From Octopus sinensis (Eukaryota), in the NCBI RefSeq assembly GCF_006345805.1, contig NC_043002.1, forward strand, positions 66,588,001-66,652,000: a stretch of DNA of 64,000 nucleotides, read 5' to 3'. Shown piece by piece: positions 34,051 to 45,995 of the stretch; positions within the stretch are counted from its first letter, which is position 1; each line of letters starts with the position of its first letter. Both the position numbers and the translations under genes were made by a program. The notes below the pieces were generated by a model that was not told the origin of the DNA, searched no databases, and worked only from the letters and a program-made list of their open reading frames with translations.

Positions 34051-34264
34051 AAGACATACATATACTAGGAATAGTTAGAATCGTCTCATCTCGTCCCAAA
34101 GATTATATCGGTTACATATGTTACTTGTAAGCGTCAACTGCTGCCAGAAAACCGTACATCAGGAGTGTAGCCATAACTAAATATATTATTACGGGACGGA
34201 ACAACGGCATTTATTGGACATACAACTAGAAACGTTTATAATTTCCTAAGTTTAATATTTGTTT

Positions 34265-34571
34265 GTGGAGGCACATAGCTTAGTGGTTAGAGCAGCGGAC
34301 TCGCGGTCGAGGGATCGTGGTTTCGAATCTCAGACCGGGCGATGTGTGTGTTTATGAGCGAAACACCTAAGCTCCACGCGGCTCCAGCAGAAGGTAATGG
34401 CGAACTTCTGACTCTTTCGCCACAACTTTTTCTCACTCTTTCCTCCTGCATCTTGCAGATCACCTGCAACGGACCAGCGTCCCGTCCAGGTGGGGAACCT
34501 ATACGCCAAGGAAACTGGGAAACCGACCCTATGAGCCAGGCGTGGCTCGAGAAGGAACAAACAACAACAAC
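34265..34571 (+). mobile_element. SINE family D, complete, (ACA)n tail, 17-bp TSD
   Basis: Head GGAGGCACATAGCTTAGTGGTTAGAGC...GGTTTCGAATC; TSD AAGTTTAATAT(T/C)TGTTT at 34248-34264 and 34572-34588 (16/17). Confidence 0.92.
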
Positions 34572-34889
34572 AAGTTTAATATCTGTTTAGTTTAGAAATG
34601 TTGATAAAGGTGACTACTTCTGGTTCGGAAAAATCTTTAATCCGGAATGGCTTCGGAACCAAAGATCCCGGAAAATCGTTGTTGTGCTTGTAGTTACTTG
34701 ATTTATATATTTTCGTCTGTTTACTACTCCAAGTTTCGATACAAGCTTTTCAAATCCAATTTGATCGATCTTCAGATATATGTATAAATTATTGAGTCAC
34801 AACGTATTTGCAGGCAGTAAACAACCATCGACTTAACGCATGTTTGTGTTCAAAGAGCTAGAAAGTCATCTCTAGAGTTTTCCAACTGG

Positions 34890-34930
<41 letters not shown>

Positions 34931-35000
34931 TTACATATAATCAATTGGGACATGTATCGTCTCGTGTACGTTCGTAGACAAATCTGGCTAGAGTATATAT

Positions 35001-35217
35001 TCTCTTTTACTTGTTTCAGTCATTTGACTGCGGCCATGTTGGAGCATCGCCTTTAGCCGAGCAAATCGACCCCAGGATTTATGCTTTGGAAGCCTAGTGC
35101 TTATTCTATCGGTCTCTTTTGCCGAACCGCTAAGTTACGAGGACGTAAACACACCAGGATCGGTTGTCAAGCGATGTTGGGGGACAAACACAGACAAACA
35201 ACACACACACACACGCG

Positions 35218-35273
<56 letters not shown>

Positions 35274-35448
35274 CATACATATATACGACGAGCTTCTTTC
35301 AGTTTCCATCTACCAAATCCACTCACAAGGCTTTGGTCGGTTTGAGGCTTTAGTAGAAGACACTTGCCTAAGGTGCCACGCAGTGGGACTGAACCCAGAA
35401 CCATGTGGTTGGTAAGCAAGCTACATACCACACAGCCATTTCTGCGCC
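35001..35448 (-). mobile_element. SINE-A, full length
   Basis: Tail, (CA)n/(TA)n centre and head all present. Confidence 0.93.
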
Positions 35449-35805
35449 TATATATATATCGAGATTCTGTTATTTTATAACCTTCTATTCATTCTTTCTC
35501 GCGTAGCAAGTTATTTTGATCGGCCATTTTATTACTCATAGATATGTCTTGGAAGGAATACCAAAAGTTCATCAGCAGATGGGTAGGCGAGATTGGCCCC
35601 CTTTATGACACGTCTTTTGCACTGTCACGTAGCATGTTATTATAAGTTCAGAAATGTGGGAGACCTTCTGTCAACACCTGGCATATGACATCATATTGCT
35701 AGGTTTGGGGTCCATTAACTGCAGGACACTCAGAAAAATGTTTCGAGTGCTACAACAATTACCAAAAAGCAACAAAAAAAGCAAAAGACGAAAATGCCTC
35801 CAATA

Positions 35806-35976
35806 GGCGTAGACATGGGTGTGTGATAAGGAGGTGGCTTCCCAGCTATATGGTTCTGGGTTCAATCCCACAGCGTCGCAACTTGGATAATTGTTTTTTT
35901 ACTATAGCCTCGGGTCGGCCCCAAATTCGTGAGTGGATTTAGTAGACGGAAACAGAAAAGAAGCCCGTCGTGTATG

Positions 35977-36031
<55 letters not shown>

Positions 36032-36212
36032 ATTGTGTGTGCGTGTCTTTGTGTCTGTGTTTATCCCATCATCACTGCTTGACAATCGCTGTTGGTGTGT
36101 TTACGTCCCCAAAACGCAGCTGTTCGGGAAACGAGACAAATTGGATAAATAGCTAGCTTGAAAAAATAAGTACAGGGGTACATTCGTTCGACTAAAATTC
36201 TTCAAGGTTGTG
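35806..36212 (+). mobile_element. SINE-A, diverged
   Basis: GTGAGTGGATTTAGTAGACGGAAAC...AAGCCCGTCG, (TA)(TG) centre, CTTGACAATCGCTGTTGGTGTGTTTACGTCCCC tail. Confidence 0.85.
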
Positions 36213-36329
36213 TATTAATTTCTTTTGAAATATAGTAATACATTAACTTCGATGTGTAATTAAATATGAATTTTTATTAAATGTGTATTTAAATATGAAT
36301 AATTGGAAGTATTAATATTTACTAAATGA

Positions 36330-36530
36330 AGCGGTGAGCTGGCAGAAACCTTCCTTTGCCGGACGGAATGCTTAGCGGTATTTCGTCCGTATTAACGATC
36401 TGAGTTTAAATTCCGCCAAGGTTAACTTTACATTTCATCATTTCGGAGTTGATAGAATAAATACCAAGGTCGATGTAATCGAAATATTTCCTCCCTCCAA
36501 ATTGCTGGCCTTGTGTCAAAATTTGAAAGT
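36330..36530 (+). mobile_element. SINE-B
   Basis: GCGGTGAGCTGGCAGAA head and core. Confidence 0.82.
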
Positions 36531-36557
36531 AATCTTTTTATCCTTTATCAGTACCGG

Positions 36558-36616
36558 TTGTTAAGCGGTGGTGGCAGAACAAACACACACACGAGCACAC
36601 ACGTACACAAACACAT

Positions 36617-36649
<33 letters not shown>

Positions 36650-36824
36650 CATACATATATACGACAGGCTTCTTTCAGTTTCCGTCTACCAAATCCACTC
36701 ACAAGGCATTCGTCGGCCCGGGGCTATAGCAGAAGACACTTGCCCAAGATGCCACGCAGTGGGACTGAACCCGAAACCATGTGGTTGGTTAGCAAGCTAC
36801 TTACCACACAGCCACTCCTGCGCC
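36558..36824 (-). mobile_element. SINE-A (head plus start of tail)
   Basis: Ends CAGCCACTCCTGCGCC. Confidence 0.9.
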
Positions 36825-36844
36825 TATATATACATATATATAAT

Positions 36845-37020
36845 ATAGTTAAAGTTCATAGAAAAACTAAAAAACAAAAGACGAAGACAGGTGTATGAAC
36901 AACAAGGAAATGTATTAGTTTGACGCTCGTGAAAAATGAAAGTCTTTTACGTTTCGAGCCTGCGCCCTTCAACAGAAAGGAATAAGAAGAAATAAACAAA
37001 GAGAGAATGAAAAATACTTT
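36845..37020 (-). mobile_element. Short Penelope-like / retrozyme-like element (P2)
   Basis: Hammerhead-like core at 36944-36979; homologous to 41080-41250; adjacent to a (TA)n run. Confidence 0.6.
36944..36979 (-). ncRNA. Minimal type I hammerhead-like motif (A6>U variant)
   Basis: Minus strand CTTT-CTGTTGA-A-GGGC-GCAG-GCTC-GAAACGTA-AAAG: stem I CTTT/AAAG, stem II 4 bp, palindromic ACGT stem III. Confidence 0.5.
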
Positions 37021-37129
37021 TAGAATTCAGCAGTCCAACATGGCTAATGTATGTATGTATGTATGTATGTATGTATGTATGTATGTATGTATGTATGTAT
37101 GTATGTATGTATGTATGTATGTATATATA

Positions 37130-37262
37130 CGACGGGTTTCTTTCAGTTTTCGTCTAGCAAATCCGCTTACAAGGCTTTGGTCAGCCCAAGGATATAGGAG
37201 ATAACACTTGCCCAAGGTGTCACGCGGTGGGAGTGAACCCGGAAAGATGTGGTTCAGAAGCA
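37130..37262 (-). mobile_element. SINE-A head fragment
   Basis: GACGGGTTTCTTTCAGTTTTCGTCTAGCAAATCC...ATGTGGTTCAGAAGC. Confidence 0.85.
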
Positions 37263-37960
37263 ATAGTTATTAAATCTGATAAGCCAAAACAATGTGACAG
37301 AAATTAATTTATAACGTCTTTTCAAACATTGTATTTTTTTCCTTTTATTTTGTATTCGGGTATGAATATATTAACATGACATCCATCCATCCATCCATCC
37401 ATCCATCCATACATACATACATACATGCATACATACAATCAAAACATAATTGTGTGTAATTTTCATTATATCTTCGAGTAAACCATCAGAACTGACAACT
37501 AGAGAAAGAGACCATTTTAAAACCGCAACAAATGTGTTACTTTAACTGACAGGCTGTGTCTATGAACAAAATTTTGAATCAGAAGAGGAACGGCCTATGA
37601 AGAACCACTTGTTTCTGGAACACAGTAGCAGTCTTTGATGGAACTAAAAAGAAAAAAAAAAACAAGAAAAACACGCATTTCAAGTTTGATGTATTGTTAT
37701 AGAAAGATAGCTGTTTAAGATTGTTATTGCATATAAGGAGACAAACGGTAAAGTAGATTAATTATTCCAAACTAAAAATATTTAAGATATAATCAAAAGA
37801 ATAGGTATCAGTTTTTTTAAAGCCCTAGATTCATTTCATTGAACAATCCAATGGTTTTCGACCATCTTTTGCCTTTTGGCCCCTTTAATTCCTGTTTCAC
37901 TCAGATGGTCCCTCCTATTGTATTTTCATAATTGAATATTAAGAATTTTAAGATTCTTTT

Positions 37961-38151
37961 ATTCTTTTACTTGTTTCAGTCATTTGACTGCGGCCAGGAC
38001 TTATTTTGTGTAAACCTAGTACTTATTCTATCTGTCTTTTTTGCAGAACCGCTAAGTTACGAGGCCGTCAATACACCAACATCGGTTGTCAAGCGATGGG
38101 GAGTGGACAAACACAAACACACAAATACATACAAATGCACATACACACACA

Positions 38152-38198
<47 letters not shown>

Positions 38199-38371
38199 TA
38201 TATATATACGGTGGGCTTCTTTCAGTTTCCGTCTACCAAATCAACTCACAAAGCTTTGGTTGGCCCGAGGCTATGGTAGAAAACACTTGTTCAAAGTGAT
38301 ACGCAGTGGGACTGAACCTGGAACCATGTGGTTTGGAAGCAAGCTTCTTACCACACACCCACTCCTGCGCC
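37961..38371 (-). mobile_element. SINE-A, near full length with internal deletion in the tail
   Basis: Tail CTTTTACTTGTTTCAGTCATTTGACTGCGGCCA through head CACTCCTGCGCC. Confidence 0.9.
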
Positions 38372-39074
38372 TATATAAAAAATTGTATAAAAATTGTTAA
38401 AATATTTTGTTTATTGTGGAAGTATAACCAATTTATTGCAGATAGATCTTAACAGCAAAACCTTATGTGGACCCTGAAGGGTCTTGTGGACTCCGGTTGA
38501 GAACCACAGAAGTAGAAACTTCGAAGTGGTGCTCCAGCATGGCCGCTGTCCAACGACTGAAATAAACAAATGGATATGCTCTTCCAGCAGTGTAGTTATT
38601 CACCACACACACACACACACATATACACACACATACATACACACACGAATGAACAGGCATACATATACGCTGGGGTAGGGGTGGAAGAGATTTTAGTCCA
38701 GGACGAATATAATACCTAAAATCGATCTCCGTATATATTGATTTGCAGGCGAGCGCATCATCGATTATGCCACGCTCAGATTACATTTCATTCTCATCAA
38801 TCAGTTATAAATATCTGACTGGGTATAAATGTCATTTTGGTGCGCAGAAACCTGTCTCGTCAGTTAATGTTCGATGTTTATGTATGTGCATGTGTGTGTG
38901 TATATGTGCTATGTGTGTGTGTGTGTGTATGTATTCATAGACACAGGCGTGGCTGTTACGTAAGAAGCGTGCTTCCAAAACACATTGTTCCCGGTCCAGT
39001 CTCCCTGCGTGGCCCTTGGGTAAGTTCCTTCTACTTTAACCTTGAGCTGAACAAAATCCTTGTGAGTGGATTTA

Positions 39075-39151
<77 letters not shown>

Positions 39152-39256
39152 GGAAAAATGTGTCAAAGCCATCAGGAGGCGTCGATGCTTCCTAGGGTTA
39201 AACAGCGGTGGTGTACCCCCTACTGTCACGTTCGTATTAGATTGACAGTATACAAC

Positions 39257-39292
<36 letters not shown>

Positions 39293-39539
39293 AAAAAAAT
39301 CAAGGTAGAAATTGCTAAAATAATTTTATAAAAAACATTTCAGGTACTGGTTTCAGTCATTGAGACTTCTTCAACTATGCAAATATTCTTTTAAATATAC
39401 TTTGCATTTAATTTTTCCCAAATTTAATTGTGTTCCATGCTTACAGTTGAAATGTTTTTTATAAAATCATTTTAGCATTTTCTACCTTGACTTTTTTTTC
39501 CATACATGTATCAACTCGTGTGTTCCTTTTCAAACTTCT

Positions 39540-39614
39540 ACGTATATATATATATATGTAAATGTACATATATATCTATATATATATTATATATATATAT
39601 ATAATATATATATA

Positions 39615-39681
<67 letters not shown>

Positions 39682-39780
39682 TATATATATATATTATGTA
39701 TATGTATATATGTATATGTATATATACATATACATACATATATATGTATATGTATAATATATATACATATACATACATAT

Positions 39781-39842
<62 letters not shown>

Positions 39843-39850
39843 ACACACAT
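39540..39850. repeat. ~300-bp interrupted (TA)n tract
   Basis: Direct reading. Confidence 0.97.
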
Positions 39851-40380
39851 ATGTGTGTGTGTCTTTTTCTCTCGTGTGTGTGCCCCCCCCCCTTACTGCC
39901 TAACCAGGCTTTAAAAAAAGTACTGAAGTCGATCGATTTGACTAAAACTTCTTTTAGGTGGTGCCCCAGCATGGCCACAGTCTAATGACTGAAAGAAATA
40001 GAAAAGAAAACATGAAAGATTCATGATGAAACAGATTCCAAACAGACTTGTGTTGGTCTGCGTCGGCAATACGTAAATTGTTTGGTAAAATCGCTGAAAC
40101 GATTAGAGTGAATTTGTAGCGAGCTGTAAAAAATTCAACGCTTCGGAGAGAGATTCCTTCTTCAGAGAAAAGTTGTCAGGATAGAAATTAATGCGTGACA
40201 GAGGATACGTTTCAAGATTACCATTTACTGCGGTGTCATCTAGCAAATTTTCAAATCCTACATGATTACGATTTAAACAGTTCACCTGAGATAATTTCGA
40301 TGTATACATGCATGTATATATGTATACTGGGCAACCCTGAGATAGCCTAGACTCCCGATCAGGGGTGGGGGTTAGCTTAT

Positions 40381-40750
40381 CCGCCTAGCCAGCGGGTGGC
40401 ATAATTTGAGAGCTAAAATGACGCAAAGCGCATTGTGACCAGCGATGTATAACGATGTGATATGTGTGTGCATATGTGCGTGTGAGAGTGTCCATACATA
40501 CATCTGTCTGTCAGTCTGTTTATATGTATGTATGTACACACACACTCTCACACACACATACACACAAAAATCACGTGATCGACCAGACTATCGGATGTTG
40601 TTATACATTGTTGGCCACAATGCACCTTTGTACTGTTTTAGCTTTCGAATAATGCCACCCCACTGGATAGGCGGGCAGGCCAACATTCCCCATTGATCAG
40701 AAGGTTAGTCTGCCACATTTACAGCTGAATGGACTGGAGCGACGTGAAAT
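40381..40750. mobile_element. Two SINE-C-type 3' segments in tail-to-tail inverted orientation around a microsatellite
   Basis: 40381-40460 is a reverse-complement homologue of 40590-40672; the latter is also homologous to 55215-55330. Confidence 0.75.
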
Positions 40751-40867
40751 GAAAGTTTCATCCCAATCCATCCAGGAGTTCTTGAGATATCATGTTCACG
40801 GACAAACAAACAAACAAACACGAGACTGAAAACAATACATCCGCCCTCGCTAAGGCGGAGGTAATAA
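40751..40867 (+). mobile_element. 3' end of a Helentron-associated (HINE/DINE-1-like) element
   Basis: AAAGTTTCATCCCAATCCATCCAGGAGTTCTTGAGATATC, (ACAA)n, then hairpin TCCGCC-CTCGCTAA-GGCGGA (40840-40859) and GGTAATAA. Family assignment from recalled architecture. Confidence 0.55.
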
Positions 40868-41079
40868 TGTAACGCTAAAATAATTGAATGGCGACTTGTT
40901 CTTAAGCTATGATGAAATCTACGATTGACGTTTCTAAATATTCTGAGAAATACACTTAGAAATACACGCTTCAATTCACTTAAATGCCAAGAAAAGGTGT
41001 AAAAACAAAAGCAGCCGAGAATTTTACCTGCCTTAAATTGATATTTTATCCAAAGAATCATCGATTTCATGTCCAACAT

Positions 41080-41250
41080 AAGAAAAACACAAAGACGAAG
41101 TAAAAGAACAATAGACAGTGTATATTAGGTTTATGCTCAGGAAAAATAGAAGACTTTAATTCTGCAAGCCTACGCTCTTCTACAGAAAGGATAGATAGGA
41201 GAGAGAGAAAAGGTGGAGAGAAAAAAACGTATCTGAATTAAACGGTCAAG
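41080..41250 (-). mobile_element. Family P2 copy with decayed hammerhead motif
   Basis: Minus strand CTTT-CTGTAGA-A-GAGC-GTAG-GCTT-GCAGAATT-AAAG at 41154-41189. Confidence 0.55.
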
Positions 41251-42479
41251 GCATGCTAAAATTCTATTTTATATCGTCTACTTAAAGTCAGAAGATAATA
41301 TTTTTTTAACAGCATAACAATCTTGATGATTTAGGTAAAGTCTGTTTTAAAATTTCTTTGACTTAATTAAAATGTATTATGTATCACAATTATGTAATTA
41401 TGCATTTGCTGGTATTTATCTTAACGAAACAGGTGTTGAATACAATTACAGTACGAAATTTATGTGAATGTTATGCTTTTCTGCGAAATATGTTGCTCTT
41501 AAAATTCCTTTTTAATCGATTTTGTACATACTTGAAAGTCAGTCCCACTTGGATTTGTTGCAATGTCAGAGTTTAACGATCTGTTATTAACTCAGCTTTT
41601 AAATACCATGAATATATTTTTTTGATGTACATGAATTCTCAATACGGATAAGGTCATAAACCTAGTACTATACTTTTGTTTTTCAGAGTGTTTAGTGACA
41701 ACCTGAAGTCGAACATGACAATATATTGTAATTTTCTTTTTTTTCTCGCATAATTCCAATTCATTGTAAAATGATAAAAAATTAATTGTCCAAGACTAAC
41801 CCACCAAAGAATTTATTACAGATGTTGTTGGATAACATATAAACAACCAAAGAGAGAGAGGGGGGAGCATGCGTAATTCTAGCTGAATCGAAGCTAATGA
41901 AAATCAAATCGGCAACCAAGACTAGACCTGGGGCGGCTAATCGTTGTCTTTTCCAAGAAGAAGGCATTTGAACTCAGAATGAAGAGAGCGAGAAGATATA
42001 CCGCAAAGCATTTCTGCCGACGCCCCAATGATTTTGCCTCTCTCCCACCCGCAGAGCAACAGGAACCGAAATGTTTTGCTCAAGAACACAACATGCCGCT
42101 CAACCTGAGAATCGAACCCATGATCCAGCGAGTGTGAGTGCAATGCTTTAACCACTAGGCCACGCTGCTTTACACAATTAGCTGTATATTATCTTAAATT
42201 GTCTTGCAAAAAAATGGATAAATATTTGCCATGAACCAAAGAAATCATTGATAAGGCAGCCCTCTCTTGCATTCAAATTTGAAATTGCCCGCTGACAAAG
42301 TTCCTAAAAAATGCGAAAAAAAAAAAAAACGCTTTAAACCTTAAAACAAAAACTAGTTTCTACAAATTTGTAAAATCAAAAATTTGCTATTTTTCTCGGC
42401 ACGAACGTCCCATATGTTCTCATGAGCATGCAATTCACTCCAAGCACTGAAATATACCTCACCCTTAAACTATAAGAAT

Positions 42480-42700
42480 GGATTCTGATTCAATAAATTT
42501 GAGAATTTTGAAAGAAAAGAAAAGTAGTTGATTTCATTGCCCCCAGAACTTGAGTGGTACTTTAATTTATAGATCCTAAAAGGATGAAAAGTGAAGTTGA
42601 CCTCGACGAGATTTGAACTCAGAACGTCAAGAACCGAGAGAAGCACCGAGGGGTAATATTCTGATTCCTCTAATGATGCTGCCATTTCACTGCCTTCCGG
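42480..42700 (-). mobile_element. SINE-B, diverged
   Basis: GGATGAAAAGTGAAGTTGACCTCGACGAGATTTGAACTCAGAACG. Confidence 0.78.
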
Positions 42701-42902
42701 CAGCAAAAGAAAATAATAACAGAAAAAAATAGATAAAAATCTCATTAACTAACGTTAGTTGATTGTACTTTGTTTTATATTAGGTTTGCAAGATTCTTGA
42801 TGTGGTTTCGTGTATTGAAACAAATTTTGTTATGTCTTTGGAGAATGATTACGCCAACAATAACACACACACAAGTTGAATTCCATTTCTTTATTACTCT
42901 TT

Positions 42903-43291
42903 TATTCTTTTACTTGTTTCAGTCATGGCCATGCTGGAGCACCACCTTTAGTCGAGCACATCGAGCCCAGGACTTATTCTTTGTAAGCCTAGTACTTATT
43001 CTATCGGTCTCTTTTGCCGAATCGCTAAGTTACGGGAACATAAACACACTAGCATCAGTTGTCAAGCGATGTTGAAGGGACAAACACAGACACACAAACA
43101 TATACAAGCACATACATATACATATATACGACGGGCTTCTTTCAGTTTCCGTCTACCAAATCCACTCACAAGGCTTTGGTCAGCCCGAGGCTATAGTAGA
43201 AGACACTTGCCCAAGGTGCCACGCAGTGGGACTGAACCCGGAACCATGTAGTTCGTAAACAAGCTACTTACCACACAGTCACTCCTGCGCC
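42903..43291 (-). mobile_element. SINE-A, near full length
   Basis: Well-conserved head and tail. Confidence 0.93.
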
Positions 43292-43545
43292 TATAAACGT
43301 AAAGACAGACGAAATACCCCTTAGTATTTCGTCCGGCGTACTAACGTTTCTGCTAGCTCGCCGCCGTATTGTTAACAATAACAAGGTGGAATTGAACCTG
43401 TTTGTGTGGTATTATTCTTGGCATATCTTTTATCTTTTACTTGTTTCTGTCATCAGATTGCTGCCATGCTGTGGCACCGCCTTGGGAAATTTTTTAGTCA
43501 TATGAACCATCCCCAGTACTCATATATTTATGTTAACGCTCCTGA

Positions 43546-43956
43546 GACGCAGGAGTGGCTGTGTGGTAAGTAGCCTGCTTACCAACCCCATGGTTCCGGG
43601 TTCAGTCCCTCTGCGTGGCGCCTTGGGCAAGTGTCTTCTACAATAGATTCGGGCCGACCAAAGCCTTGTGAGTGGATTTGCTAGACGGAAACTGAAAGAA
43701 GCCCGTCGTATATATGTATATGTATATGTATATGTATGTGTTTGTGTGTCTGTATTTGTCCCCCCCCCTCCAACATCGCTTGACAACCGATGCTGGTGTG
43801 TCTATGTCCCCGTAACTTAACGGTTCGGCAAAAGAGATCGATAGAATAAGTACTAGGCTTACAAAGAATAAGTCCTGGGGTCGATCTGCTCGACTAAAGG
43901 CGGTGCTCCAGCATGGCCACAGTCAAATGACTGAAACAAGTAAAAGAGTAAAAGAG
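43546..43956 (+). mobile_element. SINE-A, full length (best-conserved copy)
   Basis: GACGCAGGAGTGGCTGTGTGG head to GTAAAAGAGTAAAAGAG tail. Confidence 0.95.
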
Positions 43957-44942
43957 AAGCGGAAGTGAACCCGTGCGTGTGTTATTGGCGTGATGACTCT
44001 CCTAAGACACAACTAAATGATCGCAGTTATCAGTCAACTGGTGATCAGGCAAGGGACTGAAAATTAGGCATAGGTAAGAGTCTCAGTAGGAAGTAGACCG
44101 TGGTACAACGGATGGTGCTTGTGCACACACTCGGTTTGCTGGGTGCTTACCACCTACGTCACGGCACTCGCCCTTGTAAAAAGTTATATATTTTTAACAT
44201 TCTCCCTTTCCAACAGAGAAACAAACACATGTGAGTTAATCATGTGCTTTCACACTCTCTTCTCTCCGCCTCTCTCCCCTCCCCCTCTCTATATCTATCT
44301 ATCTATCGTATACATGTATACACATGAACGAGCCCGCTCTTTACACACGCACACATTGGTATCTTGCTGTCTCGCTTGTTTTCTTCTCCACTTTTGTTTC
44401 TTTCCCTACATCTCTCATCCCTTTCTGCTTTTTCTTCTCCTTCATCAATCCCTCTTTCTCCTACTCTCTCTCTCTCTCTCTCTCTGTCTCTTTCTACGTC
44501 ATTCTATTCCTTTATTCTCCACCCTGCCTGTTAATCTGTTTGCCACACACCCTACCCCGTAATCCCCTTTTTTTCTCTCCCATTTCCCATTTCTTCATCA
44601 CTTTCACAATCTTTATACAAGTGCCTTTTCCCACCTTCATCCATGCCCGTCTCTTTGCGTTTTCTCTCAGCCTGCCTGCCTGTCCGTATGTCCGCCTGTC
44701 CGCCTGCCCCTTTCCGCACTTTCTCACCTTCCCTCGTCTCCCTCGCGGGTTTTCTCTTTCGTAGTCATTCTTCATCTTACTCTTTCGTTTGACTGTTTCT
44801 CTCTCAAAGTGTTTCTTTCACCCTCAAACACTTTTGATTTCCCATTTCCTTATATCTACCTCACCGTTCTGTTTTTTTTTCTTTTGTCTGCTTGTGATTA
44901 TGTTTATGTATGTGTGTGTGTGTGTGACCGAGCGAGCGAGCG

Positions 44943-44986
<44 letters not shown>

Positions 44987-45229
44987 GGAGGGAGGGAGAA
45001 ATGCATGTGTTTCTGTGAGAAAATACTTCCCCCCACGTTCTTTCTATCTCGGCTGTTTATTGTTATTTTATCTAACCGATGATTGCTTCCAGACTTTTCC
45101 CCAGTCGGTCCTACATCGACGCCGCCAAATTCTATTACATATACTTCAGCATCCCGTCCCATCTTCTCAGCCAATCTCTAAAATACACAATTTCTCACAA
45201 GAATATGAAACCAACAATATATTATTATT

Positions 45230-45438
45230 GGCGAGCTGGCAGAAGTGTTAATGCGACGGACAAAATGCTTAACGGTATTCTGTCCGTCATCGCATCCTGA
45301 GTTCAAATTCTGTCGAGGTTGACTCTGCCGTTCATCCTTTCAGGGTCGATAAAATAAGTACCTGTGGAATGCTGCGGTAGATGTAATCGACTTAACCCCT
45401 TCTTCGAACATGCTGTCCATGTGCCTATAATAGAAAAG
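45230..45438 (+). mobile_element. SINE-B followed by (ATT)n (45439-45498)
   Basis: GGCGAGCTGGCAGAA head and core. Confidence 0.85.
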
Positions 45439-45498
<60 letters not shown>

Positions 45499-45499
<1 letters not shown>

Positions 45500-45933
45500 T
45501 GAAAGACTCTCGGACAGTTCTTAATTACCATTTATTCTTTACTTGAAAGCAGGCAACAACAAATCACCAAAGGTTTCAAGTATTGTCTTCTCCTGTGACT
45601 CAAAGAGACAATGCTCTCCTTAGGATGCATTGTCTTCTGGATCACCTCGAGCCTGACAGCAGCTCCAATATTTTTAATATGTTTTTCAAAGCTCTTGGAA
45701 ACAGCTCCTAATGCTCCAATTACCACCGGTATTACCATTACTTTGCTTATGCCCCATAACTTTCCTAGCTCGTCCCGCAGTGGCTGGTATTTCTCAAACT
45801 TTTCTGTTTCACCCTCGAATCGCCTGTTATTGCAACATCTATTATCTTTGCCTCTTTTTCATCTTTATGGATGATCACGATATCTGGCCGTCTCGCCTCT
45901 ATGACTTTGTCGCACTGTATATTAAAATCCCCG
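45499..45933 (-). mobile_element. 5'-truncated R4/Dong-like non-LTR fragment (RLE domain pseudogene)
   Basis: Translation GDFNIQCDKVIEARRPDIVIIHKDEKEAKIIDVAITGD / EKFEKYQPLRDELGKLWG / VIPVVIGALGAVSK; (ATT)n arrays on both sides. Confidence 0.9.
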
Positions 45934-45995
<62 letters not shown>

